Assembly: GCF_009914755.1 (NCBI RefSeq)
Contig: NC_060928.1
Length of the DNA stretch: 64,000 nt
From: the human T2T-CHM13v2.0 reference genome, Homo sapiens
Strand: one strand, 5' to 3'
Of this stretch, positions 1 through 18,490 are shown piece after piece. Below the pieces are notes generated by a model. The model did no database searches. It was given only the letters and a program-made list of their open reading frames with translations, and was not told the DNA's origin. Position 1 is the stretch's first letter. Every line of letters begins with the position of its first letter. The position numbers and the translations under genes are program-made.

Positions 1-113
1 TTCGTGTGCTTTTTATTTTTTATCTTGTGAATATAATTTGCTTAAAACATTATAAGTCATTTTTCATTGATGAAGTGATGCTTGAACATCTGAGTTACAG
101 AAAATGTCATTAG

Positions 114-530
<417 letters not shown>

Positions 531-534
531 TCAG

Positions 535-1043
<509 letters not shown>

Positions 1044-1225
1044 TAATGGAACAACATTTTGATTTTTTTTAGTTTTTAAAAGTTTTTGTGGATACATAGT
1101 AGGTGTATATATTTATGGGGTACATTATATGTTTTGATGCAGGCATGCAATGTGAAATAAGCACATCATGGAGAATGGGGTATTCATCCCCTCAAGTATT
1201 TATCCTTTGAGTTACAGACAATTCA

Positions 1226-1529
<304 letters not shown>

Positions 1530-1781
1530 TTATTTATTTAAAAATATACAATTATTGTTGACTATAGTCACCCTATTGCCTATCAAATAGTAGGTCTTAT
1601 TCATTCTTTCTGTTTTTTTTTTTTTTGTACCCGTTAACCATCCCCATCTCCCCTACCCCGAAGCCCCACTACCCTTCCCGAGCCTCTGGTAACCATTTTC
1701 AACTCTCTACGTCCATGAGGTGAATTGATTTGATTTTTAGATCCCACAAATAAGTGAGAACATGTGATGTTTCTCTCTCTG

Positions 1782-2033
1782 TGGCTGGGGAGGCCTTACA
1801 ATCAAGGCAGAAGGTGAAAGGCATATCTCACATGGCAGCAGACAAGAGAAGAGAGCTTGTGCAGGGAAACTCCCCCTTTTAAAACCATCAGACCTCTTGA
1901 GACTTACTCACTGTCATGAGAACAGCATGGGAAATACCTGCCCCCATAATTCAGTTACCTCTCACAGGGTCCCTCCCACAACACGTGGGAATTCAAGATG
2001 AGATTTGGGTGGGGACACAGCCAAACCATATCA
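1782..2033 (-). mobile_element. THE1-type MaLR LTR, truncated
   Basis: Ends gagatttgggtggggacacagccaaaccatatca, the reverse complement of the THE1 LTR start; the other LTR end is absent. Confidence 0.85.
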
Positions 2034-5000
2034 CCTGATAACAAGTTAACACTCTTTTTACATAAACAAACAAACAAAAAACTAATAGAAACTGTATGCT
2101 TTAACTTCATCCTCCCCACTTTTTAACTTTTTCTTGTTTCTATTTATATCTTATTGTATTGATTATGTCTTGAAAAGTCATCGTAGTTATTATTTTTGAT
2201 TGGTTCATCATTTAGTCTTTCTACTTAGAATAAGAGTAGTTTATACACCACAGTTACAGTGTTATAATATTCTGTATTTTTCTGTGTACTTATTATTACC
2301 AGTGAATTTTGTATCTTTGGGTGATTATGTATTGCTCGTTAATGTCCTTTTCTTTCTGATTGAAGTGCTGCCTTCAGCATTTCTTGTAGCAGAGGTATGG
2401 TATTGATCAAACCCTTCAGCTTTTGTTGGGGAAAGTCTTTATTTCTCCTTCATGTTTGAATGATATTTTTGCCAGATATACCATTCTAGGATAAAAGGTT
2501 TTTTTCTTCAGCACTTGGAAATATATCATGCCACTCTCTCCTGGCCTGTAAGGTTTCCATTGAAACATCTGCTGCCAGACCTATTGGAGCTCCATTGTAT
2601 GTTATTTGTTTCTTTTCTTTTGCTGCTTTTAGGATCCTTTCTTTATTCTTGACCTTTGGGAGTTTGATTATTAAATGCCTTCAGGTAGTCTTCTTTGGGT
2701 TAAATCTGTTTGGTGTTCTATAACTTTCTTATACTTGAATATTGATACCTTCTTCTAGGTTTGGGAAGTTTTCTGTATTATCCCTTTGAATAAACTTTCT
2801 GTCTCTGTCTCTTTCTCTACCTTCTCTTTAAAGCCAGCAGCTCTTAGATTTGTCCTTTTGAGGCTATTTTCTAGATCCTGTAGGCGTGCTCCCTTGTTTT
2901 TTATTCTTTTTTCTTTTATCTCCTCTGTGTATTTTCAGTTAGCCTGTCTTCAAGCTTGCTTATTCTTTCTTCTGCTTGATCAGTTCTGCTGTTAAAGGAC
3001 TCTGATGCATTCTTCAAGAATCTCTTTGTTGAATTTATCTGGTAGTATTCTGAATTCCTTCTCTGTGTTATCTCGAGTTTCTTTAAAACAGCTATTTTGA
3101 ATTCTCTTCTGAAAGGTCACATATGTGTTTCTCCAGGATTGGTCCCTGTTGCCTTGTTTAGTTCATTTGGTGAAGTCATGTTTTCCTGGATGGTGTTGAT
3201 GCTAACAGATATTCTTCTGTGTATGGACATTGAAGGATTAGGTGTTTATTGTGGTCTTCACTGTCTGGGCTTATTTGTAGCTGTCCTTCTTGGGAAGGCT
3301 TTTCAGACATTTGAAAGGACTTGAGTGTTGTGATCTAAGCTGTATCTGCCTTAGGGGTTACCCTAAGCCCAGTAACACTGTGGTTCTTGCAGACTCGTAG
3401 AGTTACCACCTTGATGGTTTTAGACAAGATCCAGGAGAATTCTCTGTACTACCAGGCAGAGATGCGTGCTTCCTTCCCTTACTTTCTTCCAAACATACAG
3501 AGTCTCTCTTTGTCTCTCTCTGTTCTGAGCAACCTAATACTGAGAGTGGAGGGACACAAGCACCCCTGTGACCACCACCACTATGACTGCACTAGGTCAA
3601 AGCCCCCTTTACTTTTGCCTCTGCACTAGGTCTAGACTGCACTAGACCTGAAGCCAGCAAAGCAGTGTGTCTCACCCAAGGCCTGCTGTAACTACTCCCT
3701 GGCTACCGCCTATGTTTACTCAAGGCCCTAGGACTCTACAATCAGCAGGTGGCAAAGCCAGCCAGGCCTGTGTCCTTCTCTTCAGGGTGGCAAGTTTCCC
3801 TAAGCCTTGGGTTGGTCCAGAAGTACCTTCCAGGAGTCAGGGACTAGAGTTAAAAATCTTAGAAGTCTACTTGGTGTTCTGTTGTACTGTGGCTGAGCTG
3901 GCACTCAAACTGCATGACACAGTCCTTCCCACTCTTCCCTCCCATTTCCAAAGACAGAGGAGCTTCCCACTTGTAGCCATTGCCACTCCAGGCCATGAGG
4001 AGTACTGCCAGACTACCACCAATGTTCCTTTAAGGCCCAGGGGCTCTTAAGCCCCCTTGTCATAAATGCTGCCTGGCCTGGGCCTCACCCTTCAGAGTAG
4101 TGGGGTACCCTCTGGCCCAGGGCAGGTCCAAAAATGCTGTCCAAGAGTCAAGTCCTGAAATCTGGGACCCCAAAGGCCCCCCTGTGGCCATGCTGGTACC
4201 AAAGGTACAAGACAGAGTCCCCTTTACTTTTGCCTCTGCTTTTCTCAAGCAGGAGTTTTGCCCTATAGCCACCACAGCTAATTATGTGCTGAGTCTCACT
4301 TGCAGTCAGCAAGTCTCAGAGGTTCACCCAAGACTGTCAATGTAGTGCCTGGGTATGCCAGCTGTTTTTTCAGGGCCCGAAGGCTCTTCAGTTAGCAGTG
4401 ATGAATGCTGCCAGGACTGGATTTTTTCCTTCAAGGCAGCAGGTTCCCTTCTGCCCAAGGTGTATCTAGAAATGTCGTCTAGGAGGTAAGGCCTGGAATG
4501 AGGGCCTCACAACTCTGACCAGTGTCCTATCCTGCTGTGGCTGAGCTGGTATCTAAGATCAAGAGAGCATCCTCCCCACTCTTCCCTCTCCTCTCCTCTC
4601 CTCTCCTCAAATGGAGGGAAGTGGTCTTTTTTGGAGCTGTGAGCTGTGCAGCCTGGGGTTAGGGGAGGGGTGATGGCAGCACTCCCTTGGCTGTCCCAGC
4701 TGGAGTCTCAGTATGTCTCCTGTCTGCCCCAGCGCACTGTCTCTGGGCCAGTTTAGCACTCGGAGTTGCCTCAGAGTTGCAATGCTTGTGGCCTAGACTG
4801 CCTTTCAAGTTTACTTGGAGACACAGAGGGCAAGGTTTGTGGGAACTCATGTTTGGACTGCTGGGATTGGTGGTTCCCCTCTGGCTGGGGCTGGGTTAAG
4901 TGTTCCCTCTGTGGGTAGACATCAGCTGAGTTTGGTCCGGTTTTCCTTTTTGCTCTAACAGGGCAGAACTGAGTTCATTGCCTCTCATTTGCTGTGTTCT

Positions 5001-5292
5001 CCTTTTCCCAGTGCCCAGAGAGGCTCTCTGTACCACACCGCTGCTGCTCGGGGTGCAGGGGGTGGGTGTTGGCAATTCAGGACTGTTTTTTCTATCTCTT
5101 CAGTTCCTCTTTCAGCAATATGAGTTAAAACTAGGTACTATGAGTGCTCACCTGATTTTTGGTTCTTATGAAGTTTTTTTTTTTTTTTTTTCCTGTGTAG
5201 TTAGTTATTAACTTGGTGTCCTTGCGGGGCAGTTGGGGACATGATAGGTAGAGCTTTCTATTCTGCCATCTTGCTCCACCCTCCAATTTTGT

Positions 5293-5374
5293 TTGTTCAG
5301 GCTGGTCTTAAACTCCTGGGTTCAAGTGACCCTGATGCCTTGGACTCCCAGAGTGCTGAGCTACCGCATCTGGC
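5293..5374 (-). mobile_element. FLAM/Alu monomer, 5' part
   Basis: caggctggtcttaaactcctgggttcaagtga...tcccagagtgctgag continues 960-1026. Confidence 0.8.
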
Positions 5375-5375
5375 T

Positions 5376-5773
5376 GCACAAATATTTTTAATTTTGATGA
5401 AGTCCAGTTTATTTTTTCCTTTGATTGCTTTTACTTTAGGTATCGTATCTTAAGAAACCATTGCCTAATCCAAGGTTACGAAGAGTTAAAGTTTTAGCTC
5501 TTAAATTTAGGTCTTTGATCCATTTTGAGTAAGTTTTTATATATGGTGTGAGATAGGGATCCAGCCTCATTTTTTGCATGTTGTCCAGCACTATTTATTG
5601 AAATGACTAATCTTTCCTGCTGTTGAATTTTCTTGGTAATCTTGTTAAAAATCAGTTGACCATAGATATATGGGTTCACTTCTGGATCCACAGTTCTGTT
5701 CCATTGATTTCTGTATCTGATCTTAGGCCAGTTTCACACAGTCTTGATTACTGTAGCTTTGTAGTAAGTTTTG
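5376..5773 (-). mobile_element. Old L1M ORF2-region fragment, right part
   Basis: ttttaattttgatgaagtccag...taagaaaccattgcctaatccaagg...tttaggtctttgatccattttgag...cttgattactgtagctttgtagtaagt. Confidence 0.8.
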
Positions 5774-6336
5774 ACATCTATAGTTTTAAGCATTTTAATT
5801 CTATGTTGAGCATTTTTATTCATGATTTTTTTCTAGCCTTCTTAAGTTTTCAAGGGGTCCTGGATTTCATAGACATACACATACATGTATATGTTTGTTT
5901 GGAGGCTGGATCTCATAACAACATCTTTCCTAGGTTTAATATTTTAAATTAGACTAGTGAAAGGTAAAGAGGGGTGTATAGTAACCAAATTTACAGGAAT
6001 TAAATGCTTAACATGTTAACACCTGATATATTTTTCTCTTAACATTTTAAAATAAAGTTTTGAGGTAAATTTTATTTAAACAAATTGGATTTACTGAAAT
6101 TTAGAAAATCCTGTATTGAAATATTAGTTCCGACACTTGTATTATAATTTAATTGTGAGGTAACTGGTATCATGAAGTCTGGATCCCATAGGTAACACTG
6201 AAAAGACATTATGGAAGGGAGAAATCAAAATATTTTAAGTGAAGAGATAATAAAGACAATGCAAGATGATTACATTTCTTGATATGTATAATTGGAATGG
6301 GATTTTCAGTTTTCCTCTTTTTCTTCCCATTTTTAG

Positions 6337-6777
6337 ATCCAGCTATGGGACACAGCAGGACAAGAACGATTCAGAAAGAGCATGGTTCAGCACTACTACA
6401 GAAATGTACATGCTGTTGTCTTCGTGTATGATATGACCAACATGGCTAGTTTTCATAGCCTACCATCTTGGATAGAAGAATGCAAACAACATTTGCTAGC
6501 CAATGATATACCACGGATTCTTGTTGGAAATAAATGTGACTTGAGAAGTGCCATACAGGTACCCACAGACTTGGCACAAAAATTTGCTGACACACACAGT
6601 ATGCCTTTGTTTGAAACGTCTGCTAAAAACCCCAATGATAATGACCATGTGGAAGCTATATTTATGACCTTGGCTCATAAGCTTAAGAGCCACAAACCAT
6701 TAATGCTTAGTCAGCCCCCTGATAATGGAATTATCCTGAAGCCTGAACCAAAGCCTGCAATGACGTGCTGGTGCTAA
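6337..6777 (+). CDS. RAB33B: RAB33B final coding exon (Golgi Rab GTPase)
   Basis: Polypyrimidine tract and AG at 6335-6336. Frame reads [23 protein letters not shown]...GNKCD...ETSAK...MTCWC*, giving G3, G4 and G5 boxes and a CXC prenylation motif. The ORF-track start at 6382 is an internal Met. Confidence 0.98.
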   Translation: MQLWDTAGQERFRKSMVQHYYRNVHAVVFVYDMTNMASFHSLPSWIEECKQHLLANDIPRILVGNKCDLRSAIQVPTDLAQKFADTHSMPLFETSAKNPNDNDHVEAIFMTLAHKLKSHKPLMLSQPPDNGIILKPEPKPAMTCWC

Positions 6778-7198
6778 ATAACAGTCTTTATTATATTATC
6801 TAATTTTGACTAAAGAAATACTTTTGAAGTATGACAGTATTAAGTCATAAGATTTAATCTCAACTATAATGGGTCATCTTGACACTTTGCTGTTTGTCAT
6901 TGTCACGCTTTTGTATTTTGTATCTACTTAAGTTTGTCACTGTGACAACACAGGAAAAGTTGGTTTTCAGGTGAGATTGAAAATGAAGCAAAGATAGGAT
7001 GAATCTGAACATCTCTCCATCTAGAGCCCAATGAAGGAAGCTTCAAATGAGAACATGATGGAATCAGTAACCATTCAATCTTTTGTCCTAGGATTGGAAA
7101 AAAATGTTAAAGGTTTAGGACACACCTAATAGTATGTCCTTTGAATGGGAAGTGTTCTTAATAGGATAAAAACTGGTATTTGCCTCTCCCCAGAGTAC

Positions 7199-7332
7199 TT
7201 TTTTTGTTTTTTCATAGAGACGGGGTCTTGCTATGTTGTCCAGGCTGGCCTTGAGCTCCTGGGCTCAAGCAATCCTCCCACCTCAGCCTCCCCAGTACTG
7301 GGACTGTAGGTACTCACCACTGCATCTGGCCT
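7199..7332 (-). mobile_element. FLAM/Alu monomer in the RAB33B 3' UTR
   Basis: agagacggggtcttgctatgttgtccaggctggccttgagctcctgggctcaagcaatcctccc. Confidence 0.85.
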
Positions 7333-7487
7333 TTCTTTGTTTTATTAACATATTTAGTTTTGTTATTATTGGTATGTTTTAGAGCCAAGACTTTAGTTCC
7401 AGTGGGATAAGAAGGCATAGAATGTTTTCTGGTTCCCAGTCCATAAAGAATGACTTTTCCAAGAGTTCTAGATGTTTGATTTTCTAA

Positions 7488-7853
<366 letters not shown>

Positions 7854-9541
7854 GAGTTGCTTTCTTACTAAATCCTATTAAAATATGCAAAAATAAGTCA
7901 GATTTTAAGGCAAATAAAGTGACATAAGGTGCTTTATATTTTATTTTGGTATATTTAAACAGTGAAAAACTAACTGAAAGCACATGAAGAGTTGTAACTT
8001 GGGGGAAAATAGGTAAACATAGCTTCTAGCTAACACAGGAGACCTATTCTTAGCCTTTACTAATTTCAAGCAGTGTATCCCATATGGTATCTCTTGCTCT
8101 TCCTTCAACTCCAATAAATTTAATGACTAAATGCCAAGTTAACAAATCAACTTCCATTTGGATTGTAGGTGTGAAGGCACAACTCTAATTGCTATTAGTC
8201 TACATGTATTTCTGTAATAGTATTGTGTCATATCAATTTTTAAGATGTCTAAATTTTATGGTCACAAGTTATCCCTCCTCAGTATGAAAAATAAATTAGA
8301 TATTGAAAAATGTCTAAACTTCAGTGATGGAAAGAATATTTCAAGAAGTTTTTTAACCTAAATACTTTTATTTTGAATTTAAGTCTTTGCACATAAAATA
8401 TAGCAAGCTTACATATTAAACTATTTACGTAAATGGAATGTAAGCCATGACTTTAACTGAAGTGTTCACATTCACTAATTTTGATAGATTGCTGTCCTTA
8501 ATAATTTTGGAGGAAATTAAGCCAAATGATTATTGTACTACAGTATTTTCAGAATATGGGAAATCAATTAAAAATGTAATCTAATCTAGTTTAAGATTTT
8601 TGTTTAATCATCATGGTGGTCCTACCTGGATAATTTAACTATAAAGACAAAGTAATTCTATTAAATGAACTAACTGAAAATAATAATTATAGGAAGTGAT
8701 TATTCCATTTTAAGTATTAGAGCTCAAATTGGCTTTATTTGCATTTAGGGAGATCATGTTTTCTTAATCATGCTGGAATTTAAAAATTGTTTTACTTGTA
8801 TCGAAATTAACCTTGATTTATAACTATTTTTGTAATAAAACAATGACAGCTGTAGTAACTATGATGGGTGTAACAACATTTTTTTAAAGAAGGGAATCTG
8901 TTTATCGCTTTTCAAAATATTTTCTAAAGTGGGGGAAGAAAGTTTATAGACTTTCCAAGCACATTTATGGTTTTTTATTACTATTATTATGGTTTTAAAA
9001 AGAGTAACTTTATTTCTTTTTGTAAGGAATTAAGTAATATCCTTTACAGTTCTGTGAAAGGACTTATTTTTTAACTGTAATATTTATTAGTTTTAAAATA
9101 TTTGTATCTCATTTGTAACAATTTGTTTTAATTTTTTATATATATGTTTTTATTTTTAAAAAACATACCAGTTGAATGGGGTTAAAGCTTTCAATATCTT
9201 AAAATATTTATAAAACATTTCACTGTTGCAAAATCACTTCCAAAATGATAGCTATCTAACAACTAATTACTAATTTTTAAAGAACAAATCACACATTTAA
9301 AAAATCTGTAGAATTTATTTTAACTATGACCTTTAATTGAAAATAAATAATTAAAATATCAGACATGTTTTGGAAAAGTCTTAATTTGAGAACACCAAAG
9401 GAAACTACCCCAGAATCTAATGTAGTTCGCTATTAATAACAATGCATTATTGAAAGTATATTGCAAATACATGTTTCCTCATGAAATCTAAGTAATTTTG
9501 TTGTGGAATAGTGTCACTGTTACATTTCCCCCATGAAGTTC

Positions 9542-9547
9542 AATAAA
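9542..9547 (+). terminator. RAB33B: Probable distal RAB33B polyadenylation signal
   Basis: AATAAA followed about 20-45 nt later by tgtgttttattttctttgtttgg (GU/U-rich downstream element). Confidence 0.7.
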
Positions 9548-11859
9548 CCAGCTTAGCCACAAAGAAATTGTGTTTTATTTTCTTTGTTTGGTTACTGGGT
9601 AGAGTATAAAATAAAACAATCTTTTTTTCCTCCTGGTTTCCAGATAATATTATATATATGATACACTTTTGAAAACAACAAAAAGCCCCCAACCCATTGG
9701 ACAATTATTTTCTTGTATACATTTGAGGTCAAAGAACACTTCAGGAAAAAAACTCAACAAAGTATTAAAATTAGCTGATAACACAGCTTTTGTATTTGTG
9801 TGTTTTAGTAATCCAGCTTGTTTTAGAATAGTTCAGTGCAAAAAGCAAATGGTGCAAGAGGAGTTGATGTGTATTTAGACGTAAAAGCATTTAACAGAAT
9901 GAATAACTATAGAAAGTATGAGAAAAGAGAACGAACTACGTCTCAGGTATAAGATTGCAGTTACTGATTTAGACACCATAGGATTAGGGATGTGGGGGCC
10001 TCTGATGTTGATTCTGCTTCCCCTGGTCAGTTTATTTTACGTATAAGTTACCCTTGTGTTCAAACACAAAATTGACATTATTCATGAAGGACTGCTTTCT
10101 TAATCAGATATTAAGAAGTTCGTCATGTATTTTGGGAGCACGTTTGCTACAGCCTGTGTGGCAAGGGCGAATGCACTTGGTTTGTTGGAATAACCTGATT
10201 TATCAAACATTTATCAAGTATGGGTCATGTGTTCTCTATTTGTGTTAGTGGAGCTACATAGACACTGTCCTTGAAGAACTTACAAAATAGTATATGAACA
10301 AATAGGAATTCTACAATATACTGTGATCAGTGTAATCAAAGAAGCATATACAAAGGACAATGAGCACAGAATATGGAGTGGTCTTTTGACTTGGATATGG
10401 GAGCAGTAGATAATCAAAAAGCTTCACAATGAGTGGAAGCATTTATGCAGCATCTCAGGGTAAATGTGAGGCATTCTCCATGTAAAGGAGAGGGAAGAAA
10501 GTCATCCCAGGTGAATGCACTGCAGGGCTCAAGAGTGGAGTTGAATTTGGGGGGAATGACTGCTAGGTCAGTGTGAGTATGTGATAGAATGGAGATGTGG
10601 TCAGAACACGGAAATGAAGCTAGCAAGGTAGATTTTGGTTAAACTGCCAAGTTGCCATAAGCAGTGGGATTAGGACTGGCTTGGGTGCAGTATCTGAAAC
10701 TCAGTCTGAACCAGCCTATAAGGGGGATTTTAATGTAAGGAGTCTGACTTGTCTCACTGGACTTGAAGACAAGGATGTGACTGGACTAAAAGAAGAGCTG
10801 GGATTGAGCACACAGTTTCCTAACTCTGGGTCCAGCTTCTCTGCACATCTGCATTTTCTCTTTCTTTTATAACTAGATTTTTCCATTTTTTAAGTTTAAT
10901 TAGCAGAAAACATGGCCACTGAGTACTTCTGAACTTTTGGATGCTGCAGTCATTCAAAGAGAAATGAACTCTCAGTCTCAAGTTGAAATTTCCAGCATAG
11001 ACTGTTAATTGGCCTGGCAAGATCCAGGTGTCCACCCAAGACCAATGGCCAAAAAAGATAAAATAAGCAATTTCCACATTTAGGGGAGAAGGTATTTTGG
11101 GGGAAGGGGAGCAAAAAAAGAAGATAGCCACACAAAAACATTTGAACTTTACTATTTAGGCAATGGGTAACTAATGAAAGCATTTTGCAAGGTAGTGAGA
11201 CCGTTAGATTTATGCCATAAATTCCAGCGGCAATGGGAAGGGTGAGGGGATGAAGTCATGGTCAGTCAGCTTACTGAAATAGCCTAGAAGAAACAGCTTT
11301 AACTGGAGCACTGGCAGAAAAATACAGATTTGAGATATTTCAGAACTAAAACCCCCAGGAGTTAGAGACCAAGGTCAGGAATTTCATTGCATGAACTAGT
11401 CAGTATTCTTTTCTAGAGCTGCTAGTTGCACTCATGTATGTGGCCAAATGTTTTTTTAAAATATCAGGCTTTGGTTTTATTTTTTAGATTATTACATTGC
11501 TTTAATTTGCCTTTATCAAAAGTTTGATTCTTGTGATTTATTTACATATATGTTTTTCAGAGTGTTTTGAGTCAGATGAAACTTGTCATTTAAAATTTTT
11601 AAGTTGTATATCCTAATGCTTTTTGGTATTTTTCTTGTTCTGAGTAGTTTAATTATAGAAGATTCTGTATATTTTTGAGTCCCAGAACATTCTTTAAATT
11701 ACAAAAACAATTCAACTTTTGTTTTGGTTATTCATTCCATAAACTTAACAGAGTATATGGAGCCATTTTATTACTTCTCAGCTCCTCATTATTAATCTTT
11801 TCTTGCTGCAAATGGAGAGTTCCATGTTTCAATAAAATGTGATCAGTAATGGGACTTCT

Positions 11860-13410
<1,551 letters not shown>

Positions 13411-13578
13411 CTATGTACTGGATAATTATGATGTCTCAATGTAGGTTTATCAAATGTAATAAATGTACATAGTGAGGGAGGCCGTGTGTATGTGTGGATG
13501 GGCAGGGGCTCTGTGGGAACTTGATGGTTTCTGTTCCATTTTTCTGTGACCCTAAATCTGCTCTAAATATAAACATTA

Positions 13579-13854
13579 TTTTTTTATTATACTTTAAGTT
13601 CTAGGGTACACGTGCACAATGTGCAGGTTTGTTACATATGTATACATGTGCCATGTTGGTGGGCTGCACCCATTAACTCGTCATTTACATTAGGTATATC
13701 TCCTAATGCTATCCCTCCCCCCTCTCCCCACCCCATGACAGGCCCCGGTGTGTGGTGTTCCCCACCCTGTGTCCAAGTGTTCTCACTGTTCAATTCCCAC
13801 CTATGAGTGAGAACATGCAGTGTTCTGTCCTTGCGATAGTTTGCTCAGAATGAT
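13579..13854 (-). mobile_element. 5'-truncated L1PA 3' end
   Basis: ttattatactttaagttctagggtacacgtgcacaatgtgcaggtttg...; TSD-like tataaacattattttt (13568) and tataaaccctattttt (13855). Confidence 0.93.
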
Positions 13855-14079
13855 TATAAACCCTATTTTTTTAAATAGATGTGTCAGAGACTGCAGGTTG
13901 CCTACCCAATTTTTGTCTTCCCTCTTGTATTAATTTCCTAGGCTGCAGGAAAAAAGTACCATAAATTGGGTGGCATAAAAAACAGGAATGTATTGTCTCA
14001 CAGTTCTGGAGGCTGGTAGTATCAGTAGTGTTGATTTCTTGTGAGGCCTGTGAGAGAGAATATGTTCCATTTCTCTCCT

Positions 14080-14622
<543 letters not shown>

Positions 14623-14634
14623 GATTTTTTCCTC

Positions 14635-14931
14635 TTTTTTGTGTGTGTGTGATGGAGTCTCGCTCTGTTGCCCAGGCTGCAGTGCAGTGGCATGATCTCG
14701 GCTCACTTCAACCTCTGCCTCCCGGGTTCAAGTAATTCTCCTGCTTCAGCCTCCTGAGTAGCTGGGAATAAAGGTGTGCACCACCACGCCTGGCTAATTT
14801 TTGTATTTTTAGTAGACACAGGTTTTCACCATGTTGGCCATGCTGTTCTCAAACTCCTGACCTCAGGTGATCCACCGGCCTCAGCCTCCCAAGGTGCTGG
14901 GATTATAGACATGAACCACACCACCCAGCCC
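14635..14931 (-). mobile_element. Alu (AluS-type)
   Basis: Antisense Alu dimer with a (TG)n tail; agattt flanks. Confidence 0.93.
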
Positions 14932-15115
14932 AGATTTCCTCTTCTCATAGGGATGCCAGTCATACTGGATTAGGGCCCATCCTGATGACCTCACTTTAAC
15001 TTGATTACCTCTGTTAAGGGCCCTGTCGCCAAACAAAGTCACATTCTGAGGTACCAGGGATTAGAACTCCAATATCTTTTTTCGGGGGGCAGGGGCACAA
15101 TTCAGCTCGTAACAC

Positions 15116-15520
15116 ATCTCCCTCTTTTCTTACTAACAGAACCCTGGTTTCTTTTGCTGGCCACATAGCCCACTAGATAATCAGTTCCCAGCCTCCTTTG
15201 TAGCTAGGTATGGCCACATATCACAGTTCTGGCCAAAGAGATATGAGCAGGTGCTTGCCAGGGATTTCCAGGGAAACTTTGCTTTCCTGTAAAGAGGCCT
15301 GCCCTTTCCTCTGGTTGCTTCCTCCTCCTCTGTCCATGGCTGGCACGTGGGAGGGAGGCTATAGCACTGGCATGGATGCCTTGGCATTACAAAATGCTCT
15401 GGAGAACAGTGTCCTGCAGCTACCACACCAGCTCAGGCTACTTACCTCATGATTTTGCTGAGAAAAACAATCCCCACTGTTCAGGGGATTTGAGTACCTG
15501 TAGATGAATGCAATTCTAAC
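15116..15520. mobile_element. Older MLT1-type LTR remnant
   Basis: ttcccagcctcctttgtagctaggtatggccaca...ttctggccaaagagat matches old MLT1 motifs. Confidence 0.6.
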
Positions 15521-16142
15521 TGGAAGAACACTTGAGGTGAAATGTGGAAGAGACTTGGGGACATTGGGACTAAAACTTTTGGATGACGATTGCACTATCC
15601 CTGTTTAGGGACTGCCCGTGTGGTCAGGGAGCAATTTGGGGCCCACTCACTGCCCTAGCGCATCAGTCCTTCAAGGAGAGGAACTTGCTGGGAGAACCTG
15701 AGTTAGTGCCTTTCTACCAGCCTTTAAACCTGCGCCAGGGGAAAACACCGTTTTAGGGACTTAGTGAACAATGGGTGCGCCATGCAGATGTCATTCCTAG
15801 GCAACACCCTAGGAGTGGCAGAGCAACCAAAGAGAAGGAACCGGGGTCCCAGATGCTGTGCTGCTACCATCACAGCCCCAGACAGTTATGCTTGGACCAG
15901 TAAGTGAGAGTCAAGTAGAAGACTTACATCTTGTTCGAGCCAATGTTATTTGGGCTTAACTAATACCTCATCTAAGTTATCCTAGAAAAGTACATCTAGC
16001 TTTAAATTGTTAAAATTTGTCAGTCTGTGATAAAATTGATGGTACACAATTTTACTACTGTATGAAAATATATGTGTAAAGTCTATTATGGAACTGGTAT
16101 ACGTTAGGGATCTCACCTAGCTCATTTAAGAAGAAAGGGACT

Positions 16143-16460
<318 letters not shown>

Positions 16461-17320
16461 TTAGAGAATTTGGGGTAGCTTATGTTATCTTTAGGAGGAC
16501 CTGGGACCAAAATTTGGATGCTACAAAGACAGGGACAATAGTAGCCAAGATAAATGCCCAGATGTTGTAGACAGTTGACTGTCACCACTATCTCTCCTCA
16601 GCACCTATGACACTCAGGACTGGCCACAAAATGTCCCCAAAGCTGTCCCAGAAGTACTGAAATCTTCAACATCACACTGGAAAGAAAGGCCATTCTCCCT
16701 GTGACCCTGTCTCTACCCACTTCCTAGAACTGAAGCTGCAAATATATCTTGGGAATCACAGGTTTTATCATCCCAGGCTCTGCAGCAGGAAAGCACACTA
16801 GAAGAGGATGGGGAGGCGTCGAGTAAGCCAGTCAGCATCTGCTGCAGAAAGTGATACTACGCCTCTGAAGCTCTTCACTGGGAAACACAGCATACTGCTA
16901 TTTTCATGCATTTCTGAAGTACTTCTAAAGTGTGAACTAAAAAATCCTTGCTAATTTGGTGATTTGTTATATTTTCATAAACTCCTTATGCAAATGTAAG
17001 ATTAGTAAATGTTGCCTACTTCTGAGAGTGTATTCTTCCATTGTACATCCAAAGGTGCTATGGAGCATACATTTTTTAATTCTGAAAACATTGGGAACTT
17101 AATCACGTAGGATAAGGTGTATGACCAGCTAGACAGGGAGGCACTCCCTGAGCCTTTTTCTTCCATCCTCTTCTGGCTGAACACCCTTTCCTTTACGATC
17201 TCACCTTCAGAGTTACTTGATTCCTGAACCCATGTTTAGAGCCTCACCTTTACCTCTGAAATCCTGAATTGGCTGCTGCATGTGGGCCATCTTTCTTTTG
17301 CAGTATCTGTGGACCACTCA

Positions 17321-17663
<343 letters not shown>

Positions 17664-17884
17664 TCAATCTTCCTCCTTAAATTTATTTTTCTTCCTGTGT
17701 TTCCTCAAAACCTCCAGCTTCTGTTGAGGCTTCCCTTCCCCCAACTCCCACATCTAGTCTCCTACCTGGATCTATCACTTCCACTGCCTTTGACCCTTGC
17801 TTCTGTCCTCTCTTGCTGAGAGGCAGAGGACGCCGCGCTTAAACTGTGGAGTGAGACCACAAAGAAGCTGAATCCCAGATGTTC

Positions 17885-18168
<284 letters not shown>

Positions 18169-18185
18169 CAGATGTTCTTTTTTAA

Positions 18186-18490
<305 letters not shown>

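Noticed and set aside
2200-5211. Cluster of + strand ORFs such as 3667-4050
   Set aside because: Antisense frames of a decayed L1 5'/ORF1 region; no recognizable domain.
6934-6948. ttgtcac-t-gtgacaa palindrome in the RAB33B UTR
   Set aside because: 7-bp arms are expected by chance in 64 kb.
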